Positions 41,936-49,292 of a stretch of DNA of 64,000 bases are shown here, piece after piece. Location of the stretch: contig JAPPHT010000020.1 of assembly GCA_028874795.1 (NCBI GenBank), forward strand, positions 472-64,471, written 5' to 3'. The notes beneath the pieces were generated by a model. That model was not told the DNA's origin. It saw only the letters and a list, made by a program, of their open reading frames with translations, and ran no database searches. A program made the translations under genes and the position numbers. Each line of letters opens with the position of its first letter. Within the stretch, counting starts at the first letter, position 1. This stretch comes from Chloroflexota bacterium (GTDB lineage Bacteria; Chloroflexota; Dehalococcoidia; Lucifugimonadales; Australimonadaceae).

Positions 41936-42111
41936 AGCGGTGACGGTGGGGCGCCTGATTGCGGGAGCGCAGAGGGAGATTCCCTCTGCCGGGGGCGTGG
42001 GGGTGTCCCCCACAGGCGTTCGGGCGGGCGGGTGGGAAGAACGCCGCCGCTGTCGGTGAGGCGTATCGCATAGTGGTCTCAATTAACGCACGGAGCACGT
42101 ATAATGCCCGT

Positions 42112-44409
42112 GTGCATACCCTTCTCGAAAAGGTGCGTGGCTATCTCCCCGGCGATCGCGCGGAGATGATCGAGCGGGCGCTCGATTTCGCCACGGACGC
42201 GCACGAGGGGCAGAAGCGCCGCTCCGGCGAGGACTACATCCAGCACCCCATCTCCGTCGCCGAGTACCTCGCCGACCTCAATCTCGACGCCCCGACCATA
42301 GCCGCGGCGCTCCTGCACGACGTCATCGAGGACTGCGACGTGACCGCCGACGACCTCCGCGCGGAGTTCGGCGACGACGTGGCGAAACTGGCCGACGGCG
42401 TCACCAAGCTGACCCGCATGGACACCATCACCGGCGATGCAGAGCCGCTCGTCGCCAGGACCGACAGCGAGGCGGAGAGCCTGCGGAAGATGCTCGTCGC
42501 GATGGCCAACGACATCCGCGTCGTCCTTATCAAGCTGGCGGACCGGATGCACAACATGCGCACGCTCCACGCCCTGCCGCCGGACCGGCGCGTCGCCATC
42601 GCGCAGGAGACGCTGGACATCTACGCGCCGCTCGCTCACCGCCTCGGCATGGGCGAGGTCAAGTGGCAGCTGGAGGACCTCGCCTTCCGCTACATCCAGC
42701 CGAACCAGTACCGGAGCATCTCCAGCCTGCTCGCCACCAAGCGCACGGAGCGTGAGTCCTACGTCAAGCAGGTGACCGGCGTGCTCCGGGACGAACTCGC
42801 GAAGGCGGGCTTCGATGCCGAGGTGACGGGCCGCCCCAAGCACATCTACAGCATCCACCGCAAGGCCCAGTCCTACGCCGCGCAGGGGAAGCAGATGAGC
42901 GACATCTACGACCTCTTCGCGGTGCGCGTGCTCGTCAACACGGTCCAGGACTGCTACGGCGTGCTCGGCCTGGTGCACTCGATCTGGCACCCCGTCCCGG
43001 GCCAGTTCGACGACTACATCGCGAACCCCAAGGAGAACATGTACCAGTCGCTGCACACGACGGTGCGCTCCATCGACGGGCTGCCGGTGGAGGTGCAGGT
43101 GCGCACGCACGAGATGCACCGCATCTCCGAGTACGGCGTCGCGTCGCACTGGAGCTACAAGGAGGGCGGCGCGCGGAGCAGCCAGTTCGAGGAGCGGATG
43201 ACGTGGCTCCGCCAGCTGTTGGAATGGCAGCGCGATGTGAGCATGACGGACGAGTTCCTGGAGAACGTCACCGGAGACCTGTTCCGGGACCAGGTGTTCG
43301 TCTACACGCCGAAGAACGAGGTGCGCGAATTGCCGGCGGGCGCGACGCCTATCGACTTCGCGTACCGCATCCACACCGAGATTGGGCACCGGTGCATCGG
43401 CGCGAAGGTGAACGGCAGGCTCGTCGCGCTCAACACCCCGCTCAAGAACGGCGACACCGTGGAGGTGCTGACCAGCAAGGTGGCGCGCGGGCCGAGTCTG
43501 GACTGGCTGAACCCGCACCTGGACTACGTGAAGACGGCGAGCGCGCGGCAGGCGATACGCTCCTGGTTCAGGCACCAGGAGCGCGGAACGAACGTCGAGC
43601 GCGGGCGTGCCATCCTCAAGAAGGAGCTGAAGCGCCTCTCCGCGCAGGTGGACGAGGCCGAGGTCGCCCGCTGGTTCCACTACGATTCCATCGACGACCT
43701 GTACGCGGCGATCGGCTCCGGCCTCGTGACGGTGGCCCAGATCGCGGGACGCCTCTCCGCGGCCCAGCAGGCAACGGAGCGCACGCTCCCCCGGGGCATG
43801 CCGGACACGACGGACGAGCCCGTCCTCGGCAGCGTCAGCGTCCTCGGCGTCGGCGACCTCCTCACCCGCATGGGCGAGTGCTGCAACCCGCTGCCGGGCG
43901 ACGAGATCGAGGGGTTCGTCACCCGCACCCGGGGCGTCACCGTCCACAAGGTGGACTGCCCGAACGTCCGCAACGTCAGCGAGACGGACCGCATCGTGCC
44001 CGTCACCTGGGGACAGAGCCGGAACGTCTACCCCGCCCGCATCATCGTCGAGTGCTTCGACCGCGTGGGCCTGCTGCACGACATCACGGGCGCGACCTCC
44101 GCCGAGCACGTGAACATCGCCGGCTCCCTGACGGAGCCCATGGAGGGCGGCATGGTCGTCATCCACCTCAACGTGCAGGTGACGAGCATCGAGCAGCTCT
44201 CCCGTCTGTTCACGCGGATCGAGGGCGTGCGCGGCGTGCGAGGCGTCAGCCGCACGGCCCAGAAACCGCCCCCGAAGTCCGCATCGCGCAACAACGCCTC
44301 TTCCCGCAACGGCAACGCGCCTCGTAACGGCGCAGGCAGCCGGAACGGGGCCAGCGCCCGCAACGGCAAAGCCCCGTCCCGTCGCAACGCCCGCTCCTCG
44401 CGCAACTAG
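42112..44409 (+). CDS. rel: bifunctional (p)ppGpp synthetase/hydrolase (RelA/SpoT homologue)
   Basis: HD hydrolase (HDVIEDC), synthetase (YQSLHTTV) and TGS and ACT regions. GTG at 42112 lies 6 nt after a TATAAT (42100..42105). It has an Arg/Asn/Gly-rich C-terminal tail. Confidence 0.9.
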   Translation: MHTLLEKVRGYLPGDRAEMIERALDFATDAHEGQKRRSGEDYIQHPISVAEYLADLNLDAPTIAAALLHDVIEDCDVTADDLRAEFGDDVAKLADGVTKLTRMDTITGDAEPLVARTDSEAESLRKMLVAMANDIRVVLIKLADRMHNMRTLHALPPDRRVAIAQETLDIYAPLAHRLGMGEVKWQLEDLAFRYIQPNQYRSISSLLATKRTERESYVKQVTGVLRDELAKAGFDAEVTGRPKHIYSIHRKAQSYAAQGKQMSDIYDLFAVRVLVNTVQDCYGVLGLVHSIWHPVPGQFDDYIANPKENMYQSLHTTVRSIDGLPVEVQVRTHEMHRISEYGVASHWSYKEGGARSSQFEERMTWLRQLLEWQRDVSMTDEFLENVTGDLFRDQVFVYTPKNEVRELPAGATPIDFAYRIHTEIGHRCIGAKVNGRLVALNTPLKNGDTVEVLTSKVARGPSLDWLNPHLDYVKTASARQAIRSWFRHQERGTNVERGRAILKKELKRLSAQVDEAEVARWFHYDSIDDLYAAIGSGLVTVAQIAGRLSAAQQATERTLPRGMPDTTDEPVLGSVSVLGVGDLLTRMGECCNPLPGDEIEGFVTRTRGVTVHKVDCPNVRNVSETDRIVPVTWGQSRNVYPARIIVECFDRVGLLHDITGATSAEHVNIAGSLTEPMEGGMVVIHLNVQVTSIEQLSRLFTRIEGVRGVRGVSRTAQKPPPKSASRNNASSRNGNAPRNGAGSRNGASARNGKAPSRRNARSSRN

Positions 44410-44419
44410 CGCCCCGTCG

Positions 44420-44712
44420 GGTCCCTTCCCCCTCGACGGGGGAAGGCTAGGATGGGGGTGAACTCCCGGGCGTGGCGCGGGGCCTTGTCATGTTGAGCGG
44501 AGCCCGGTGGCGAAGCCGAGGGCGCAGTCGAAACATCTCTCAGGGGCCTGGTCCCTTCCGCCTCGACGGGGGAAGGCTAGAGCCTGCCCCGCACTTGATG
44601 CGGGGATGGGGGTTGAACTCCCGGGCTTGGCGCCGGGGCCTTGTCATGTTGAGCGGAGCCCGGTGGCGAAGCCGAGAACGCAGTCCTGCGCTTGAGCGCG
44701 CAACATCCTCTC
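44420..44712. repeat. tandem duplicated A-F composite repeat
   Basis: Copies at 44420..44545 and 44549..44712. The second A unit carries an insertion. F units read TTGTCATGTTGAGCGGAGCCCGGTGGCGAAGCCGAG... Confidence 0.85.
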
Positions 44713-44831
44713 AGGGAACGTCTGCCTGCTCTGAGCATCTCTGGATCAAGAGCGCTTGGCGGGTGCTTTCCTGTAACTGTCGGATTCTGACGGTTCTGCA
44801 CGAGTATCACTCCTGAGACGGCCTTTCCGGC

Positions 44832-44911
44832 TCGACAGCCGGACCCCGCCGTCCGACAGGGAACCCGGCAGAAACCGACAGCGATCCGACACTTTCCGAC
44901 ATATTCCGACA
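44832..44911 (+). repeat. iteron-like array of six (T/C)CGACA words with helical phasing
   Basis: TCGACA at 44832 and CCGACA at 44853, 44875, 44886, 44896 and 44906. Spacings are 21, 22, 11, 10 and 10 nt. Confidence 0.6.
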
Positions 44912-45061
44912 CCCCTCTCGAAGCGGCCCCTGGCTTCCACCTGCAAACGCGCGCAGGCGAACGCCGCCCGTCGCATGACAGCGTACGCCGGAGTGGGACG
45001 ACTGCGTAAGGGGCGCGTGTCACTAGTGTTGGAAGGCAGTTTGGAATGGCGCGAAGAGGAA

Positions 45062-45742
45062 TTACCTCATCTGATCAATCAGACTCTCCACCGTATCCAG
45101 GAAGGCAGGATCATACTGTTCGTCTACGTGGTTACTGTTCCACAGGCCCGACCGCTTGACCTTCTCGCGGTTGCAGTAACAGCCCAGCCAGTCCTGCGAC
45201 GGAGGGTCCACTGGTTCCTTGTCGTAGTTGCTGAGCAAGGCAATCGCGTTGCGTTCGATGTAGCCTCGTAGGCTGTCCGGCCCCGGCTCGTCGTCCACCG
45301 CAAGCCAGAGCAGGTACATGTTGCCTATCGTTGCGCTGGCAACGTCTTCCAAGTCCCTCTCGGCCTCCCTGACCTCTCTGGGCGCAGAATTACCTCGCCC
45401 CCAGGACGGGCAAACCCAGCCACCCCGCTTCATCAAGGCAGTCCCCACGATCTTCCTGAAGACAGACAGTCTATTTGTGCCGCTGCGGTGCTGACGAAGA
45501 CGGTCCCACAGGGTGGCGCGAGAACCCTTCTTCAGGGCGTGTGTTCCCACTCGAACGATGCGGGGGCCTGTGCCTGTGTCGCTCCGGTTCTCGCCGGATT
45601 CCTGGAAGAAATAGACGCCTCGGGCTGGCCAGCCTGTGCGCACAGAGCAATCCGACAGCCTGCGAGGTCCGTTGGTCTTCTTTTTCGCTAGCATGGTCAG
45701 CAAGTTGTAGAAGCGCTTGAGGTCATGGGTGCGGTCGCTCAT
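45062..45742 (-). CDS. GIY-YIG-like nuclease family protein
   Basis: GVYFFQE...RIVRVGTHA...LWDRLRQH...YIERNAIALL, as in a widespread bacterial GIY-YIG-like family of unknown role. Start is 45742 (GAGAGG upstream) or 45763. Confidence 0.5.
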   Translation of the reverse strand: MSDRTHDLKRFYNLLTMLAKKKTNGPRRLSDCSVRTGWPARGVYFFQESGENRSDTGTGPRIVRVGTHALKKGSRATLWDRLRQHRSGTNRLSVFRKIVGTALMKRGGWVCPSWGRGNSAPREVREAERDLEDVASATIGNMYLLWLAVDDEPGPDSLRGYIERNAIALLSNYDKEPVDPPSQDWLGCYCNREKVKRSGLWNSNHVDEQYDPAFLDTVESLIDQMR

Positions 45743-45786
45743 CGTGTTCAACCTCTCGTTCATGGTGCACTTCAAGACGGCACAGG

Positions 45787-46068
45787 TTAGTAGACGATGT
45801 TGGGGTCGTCGCTGTACTCGAACGGTGGATCGACGCCCAGCAGTTTGGCATCCATGTTTTCTATAGCGCCCGCCACGTAGTGCATTCCCGGGGGAAACGT
45901 CGGAACCCAGAGGAGATCCAGGCACGCGTCATCCAGAAGCACCGTGATGCTCTCCTCATCAACTTGCTTCGGATTGTCAACGACCCTCCAGTTACCCTCG
46001 TCGTCGACGGTTACAATAGCCCCCATGACCTCCAGCTTGTAGATGCGACTCTTCTCTTCAGTCATCAA
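45787..46068 (-). CDS. hypothetical protein (93 aa)
   Basis: AGGAGG 5 nt upstream of the ATG at 46068. Acidic, with no recognisable motif. Confidence 0.45.
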   Translation of the reverse strand: MMTEEKSRIYKLEVMGAIVTVDDEGNWRVVDNPKQVDEESITVLLDDACLDLLWVPTFPPGMHYVAGAIENMDAKLLGVDPPFEYSDDPNIVY

Positions 46069-46151
46069 GCACCTCCTGCTCGTAGTTCATAGCGGAAGAC
46101 ACAATTCCTCCCTATACCCGATCAGCCTCCCCTCCAGATGGAAGGGTCACG

Positions 46152-47108
46152 TTATCGACCCAGTGGGAGTTCCCCCGTGATGCGCCCCTTGAACTTGCCG
46201 TGGTCCCAGCCGAACTGGAAGATCGCCATCTCGATGTCGCGGAGGTACCAGCGACCGCCGCCTCGTGGCGCGGGCCGTTCCAGTTCTTTCGCAATGTGCT
46301 CGCAGAATCTGATGAACTGCTCGTAGCTCTTCACCTTCTTGCCACCAATCGTGAAGTCGCGCAAGCAAGCCTTGGCGATCTCGTCCCAGATAGGGGCACT
46401 CTCAGGAGAGCGCATCGCCAGCGCCTTAGTGCCGAATGAATCGCTACAGTACTTGAGGCGTTTCAACTCCTCCAACGCTCGTACCGGGTCTCCATCTGCG
46501 AGCACAGAGAAGGCGGCTTTCATCTGTTCTTGAATCTCATCACTAGAGTTGTTCTTCTTGATCTGAGCAAACAGATTGTGGCCGCGACCGCCTCCCCAGC
46601 GATAAACAATCTCAAGGTCATCCTCTGGATGGATAAACTCGTCTTTCCCTTTCAGTTGCTCGATGAGACTCTCAACCCTTCGGTGACTCTGCTCGCAAAG
46701 TGATTCCTCCAAGCACGGATTCTTCCAATCCCTTTGGATGAAGGCTTCCACCTTGAAGACACACATGTTGTTTTCCAAGTACTTGTCGCGCCATTCAGGC
46801 ACTTTCTGGATGAAGGCTTTGATAGATGTTCCGCTAAGGTTGTCTGCCATGCTAATCTCCTCCAGTGGTGTCCTCCGTCGTCCTGTAAGAACACGCTCCC
46901 AGGTTGCTACGAGTGCTTGCCTCCTCAGCTCCTTGATGTCTGTACCCACAGTCTGCGTTGATCTCCTCGTCTGGATTGGTCCAATGCCAGCCTTTCGGAG
47001 TGTCCCAGCGCATGACGTGCAGTACCGGTATTCTTCCGATCTTTCTATGCCTGATTCAAACTTCTCTTCGCAGCCCATGCAGGTGTAGGTGACCTTACGA
47101 CTCGTCAT
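46152..47108 (-). CDS. Zn-ribbon plus OGG-fold (8-oxoguanine DNA glycosylase-fold)-like protein
   Basis: N-terminal CMGC...CTSC ribbon. The C-terminal IVYRWGGGRG...LKRLKYCSDSFGTKALAMRSPESAPIWD...LRDIEMAIFQFG resembles the family annotated as OGG-fold proteins. GAGGAGG lies upstream of the ATG at 47108. Low GC. Confidence 0.5.
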   Translation of the reverse strand: MTSRKVTYTCMGCEEKFESGIERSEEYRYCTSCAGTLRKAGIGPIQTRRSTQTVGTDIKELRRQALVATWERVLTGRRRTPLEEISMADNLSGTSIKAFIQKVPEWRDKYLENNMCVFKVEAFIQRDWKNPCLEESLCEQSHRRVESLIEQLKGKDEFIHPEDDLEIVYRWGGGRGHNLFAQIKKNNSSDEIQEQMKAAFSVLADGDPVRALEELKRLKYCSDSFGTKALAMRSPESAPIWDEIAKACLRDFTIGGKKVKSYEQFIRFCEHIAKELERPAPRGGGRWYLRDIEMAIFQFGWDHGKFKGRITGELPLGR

Positions 47109-47110
47109 GC

Positions 47111-47317
47111 TTACTGCTCCTCCTCTCCGAACAGGCGCTTGAGCAACGTTTGAGCGTCCTGAATGATTTCGCAGGCTATGCGAAGAACCCAGGCCCCGAA
47201 CGCAGCCATAACAAGCCAGTAGACCCACGTCGTCGGCTTCAACGTCTCCAGATCCATCGTCATGAATGCACAGATCCACAACACGCCGAAGACCGCTATG
47301 TTCCTGAGACAGTGCAT
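47111..47317 (-). CDS. small two-TM membrane protein (68 aa)
   Basis: AGGAGG upstream of the ATG at 47317 and two hydrophobic helices. Its stop abuts the next gene start. Confidence 0.45.
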   Translation of the reverse strand: MHCLRNIAVFGVLWICAFMTMDLETLKPTTWVYWLVMAAFGAWVLRIACEIIQDAQTLLKRLFGEEEQ

Positions 47318-47409
47318 CGCTTACGCACCTCCTGTTCACCGTATCGAGGCTTGTCCTGCGCCGACGCTTCGAGGCACTCGCGAAGCGCGTCTGATCTCGC
47401 CGTATCGAC

Positions 47410-47911
47410 CTACTCTGCTTCCTCCGCACCCCCCTCGCGCTGCTCCCGTTCCAGCCGTTGCCTTCTAACCTCGTGCAGCCAGTTGTGACTCTCGTCGTCT
47501 GTCAGGTCGATCACCGGCGGCTCTTTCCGCAATGGGCCGTCCACCGCTCCACACAGGTCGCAGTAGTAGTCGGCTGGCAGCGAGCCTCCGTCCACCGATG
47601 CCCGGCGGGCCTGCCTCCCTTCCTGGCCCTCGCAGCGCGGGCATGGGGCAGACGTGCGCCAAGACGTGGATGCCAGCAGCCGCTTCGCCTCGGTCAGGGC
47701 CGCGATGACCTCGTCCAGTTCACTCGGATGGACCACTACCCCCCTCTCGGTCGGGTAGGAGAGCTCCCTCAGCGGAGGCAGCCACCACTCGCGGATGTGT
47801 ATCCCCCGGACGAAATGACTGCCGCGAGCAACGATGGCTCACTCGGAGTTCAACATTGGCGACGAGTCCTTCCCGGGGGATGCGTGCAATGATGGTCTCT
47901 TGTTGTGGCAT
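47410..47911 (-). pseudogene. PC4/YdbC-like ssDNA-binding domain fused to a Cys4 ribbon, read in two frames (1-nt shift near 47839)
   Basis: ATG at 47911 with AAGGAG upstream gives MPQQETIIARIPREGLVANVELRV. Skipping nt 47839 continues AIVARGSHFVRGIHIREWWLPPLRELSYPTERGVVVHPSELDEVIAAL...CPRC...CDLC in the frame of ORF 47410..47736. Confidence 0.35.
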
Positions 47912-47957
47912 GTGGCGCTCCTTCCCTTCGGGCAAATCAAGACAAAAAGAATGAAAC

Positions 47958-47988
47958 ATTATATCAGAATTGGAGGTGGATTTGTCAA
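47958..47988 (-). promoter_or_regulatory. strong sigma70-type promoter for the minus-strand accessory operon
   Basis: On the minus strand: TTGACA (47988..47983), 19-nt spacer, TGATATAAT (extended -10; hexamer at 47963..47958). An inverted repeat GGAGGT-N10-ACCTCC (47972..47993) overlaps the -35. Confidence 0.6.
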
Positions 47989-48065
47989 CCTCCTTGAGGC
48001 AACACACGGAGTTGGGGCAGGCGTAAGCAGTCGACCGTAGAAGCAGGGCAACCCGCCCTTGGCCC

Positions 48066-48366
48066 CCACTGACATCCGCCCCTATCGCGGTCGGCACTCG
48101 ATTGCGTACGCTGGTTGCGTGACCGTCGTTCGGACAGCACCCATAGACTGCGTCTATATCTCGGGGCCCAGCCATAGATATGGTCTATGGGTCCGCCGCC
48201 CAACTTTTGAATTCATTGCACACCTTGTTCACTTGTTGCGGGAAGCAGGCCGTGGCCTTGCGCAGAGCGGCGCAAGGTGCTCAAGATGCTCAAATCGAGC
48301 CCCCGGTTTACTCGTAACGCCGGCAACAAGGTGCTCAGAATTCGAGGGCGGTTGCACACCTTGTTC
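48066..48366 (+). other. conserved-spacing intergenic element, copy 2
   Basis: Same five blocks as copy 1, at 48107, 48138, 48199, 48241 and 48303. Block-to-block distances are 31, 61, 42 and 62, against 31, 61, 42 and 63 in copy 1. Copy-specific 9-mers are GCACACCTT (48218, 48354), AAGGTGCTC (48274, 48328) and AAGATGCTC (48283). Confidence 0.6.
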
Positions 48367-48371
48367 AGGCT

Positions 48372-48400
48372 GCGAGGTTCCTGCCTCCGCAGGAACGACG
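48372..48400. repeat. unit B palindromic repeat (inverted orientation)
   Basis: GCGAGGTTCCTGCCTCCGCAGGAACGACG. Confidence 0.8.
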
Positions 48401-48415
48401 AAAACGCGTGGTTCG

Positions 48416-49243
48416 CTATTGGCGCCGCCCCTCTCCACCGTATCCACTGAGCCGCTCCTCGAGGCGGCGGAGCGTCTCCTGCGTCGTGCGCAGCTCGCGC
48501 AACAGCTCCTCGCGCGAAGGCGGCTCCTCCAACGTGCGGAGTTGGTCGACCTTCGCGCGGTCCAGGTTGTTTATGACCACAGCGATGAAGAGGTTCGCCA
48601 CCACGAATGTGCCACCCACCACGAAGCTGAGGAAGTAGAGCCACGCGAGCCCGTGGTGCTCCATCGCCGCGTACATGATGTCCGTCCAGTCCTCCAGCGT
48701 GATGACCCGGAAGAGCGACAGCAGCGAGATGCCCAGGGTGCGCCAGTGGGTGGGGTCGGCCTCGTGGAAGAGGTGGTAGCCGATGATGGCGTAGATGTAC
48801 ACCACGATGCTCATGAGCATCATGATGTTGGCCACGCTGGGGATGGAGCGCACGAGCGCCCCGACGATGAGCCGCAGCTCCTTGATCGCCGAGATCAGGC
48901 GCAGGACCCGCAGCAGCCGTCCGAGCCGCGCGACCATCGCGAACGAGCCGGTGGCAGGCACGAGCGCGAAGACGATGATGGCGAAGTCGAAGACGTTCCA
49001 GCCGTCACGGAAGTAGCGCTGCGGGGTCGGGGCGAGCGCCAGCATCTTGAGCGCCGCCTCCACGATGAATACACCGAGGATGACCCGGTTCCCCATCTCG
49101 ATGGCGTCGCCGTATTCGTCGACGATATCGGGGGAGGTGGCGAGTCCGAGCAGCGCGCCGCTCGCGAGGATGAGCGCGATGATGGCGTACTCGAATATGC
49201 GCGCGCCAACGATGCGCTGCGCGATGTGGGCTGTGCGGTCCAT
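48416..49243 (-). CDS. voltage-gated cation channel, single 6-TM domain (NaChBac/BacNav-like)
   Basis: S4 with spaced arginines (RLGRLLRVLRLISAIKELR), pore FRVITLEDWTDIMY and a C-terminal coiled coil. Start MDRTAH at 49243. Confidence 0.85.
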   Translation of the reverse strand: MDRTAHIAQRIVGARIFEYAIIALILASGALLGLATSPDIVDEYGDAIEMGNRVILGVFIVEAALKMLALAPTPQRYFRDGWNVFDFAIIVFALVPATGSFAMVARLGRLLRVLRLISAIKELRLIVGALVRSIPSVANIMMLMSIVVYIYAIIGYHLFHEADPTHWRTLGISLLSLFRVITLEDWTDIMYAAMEHHGLAWLYFLSFVVGGTFVVANLFIAVVINNLDRAKVDQLRTLEEPPSREELLRELRTTQETLRRLEERLSGYGGEGRRQ

Positions 49244-49292
49244 CGGTCTCGTGCCTCCGTGAGGGGTGTCGGTCGCGGGGAAATCATAGCAA

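Noticed and set aside
30191-48065. The two element copies as attL/attR of an 18-kb mobile element.
   Set aside because: The interval contains lysA, holB, speE/speH, nuoA, prfA, hisS and rel at background composition. It has no recombinase.
47720-48175. A 151-aa ORF spanning the promoter region of the accessory operon.
   Set aside because: It would run through the AT-rich promoter and inverted repeat. Only the part from ATG 47911 has an SD, and even that needs a frame change to yield a sensible protein.
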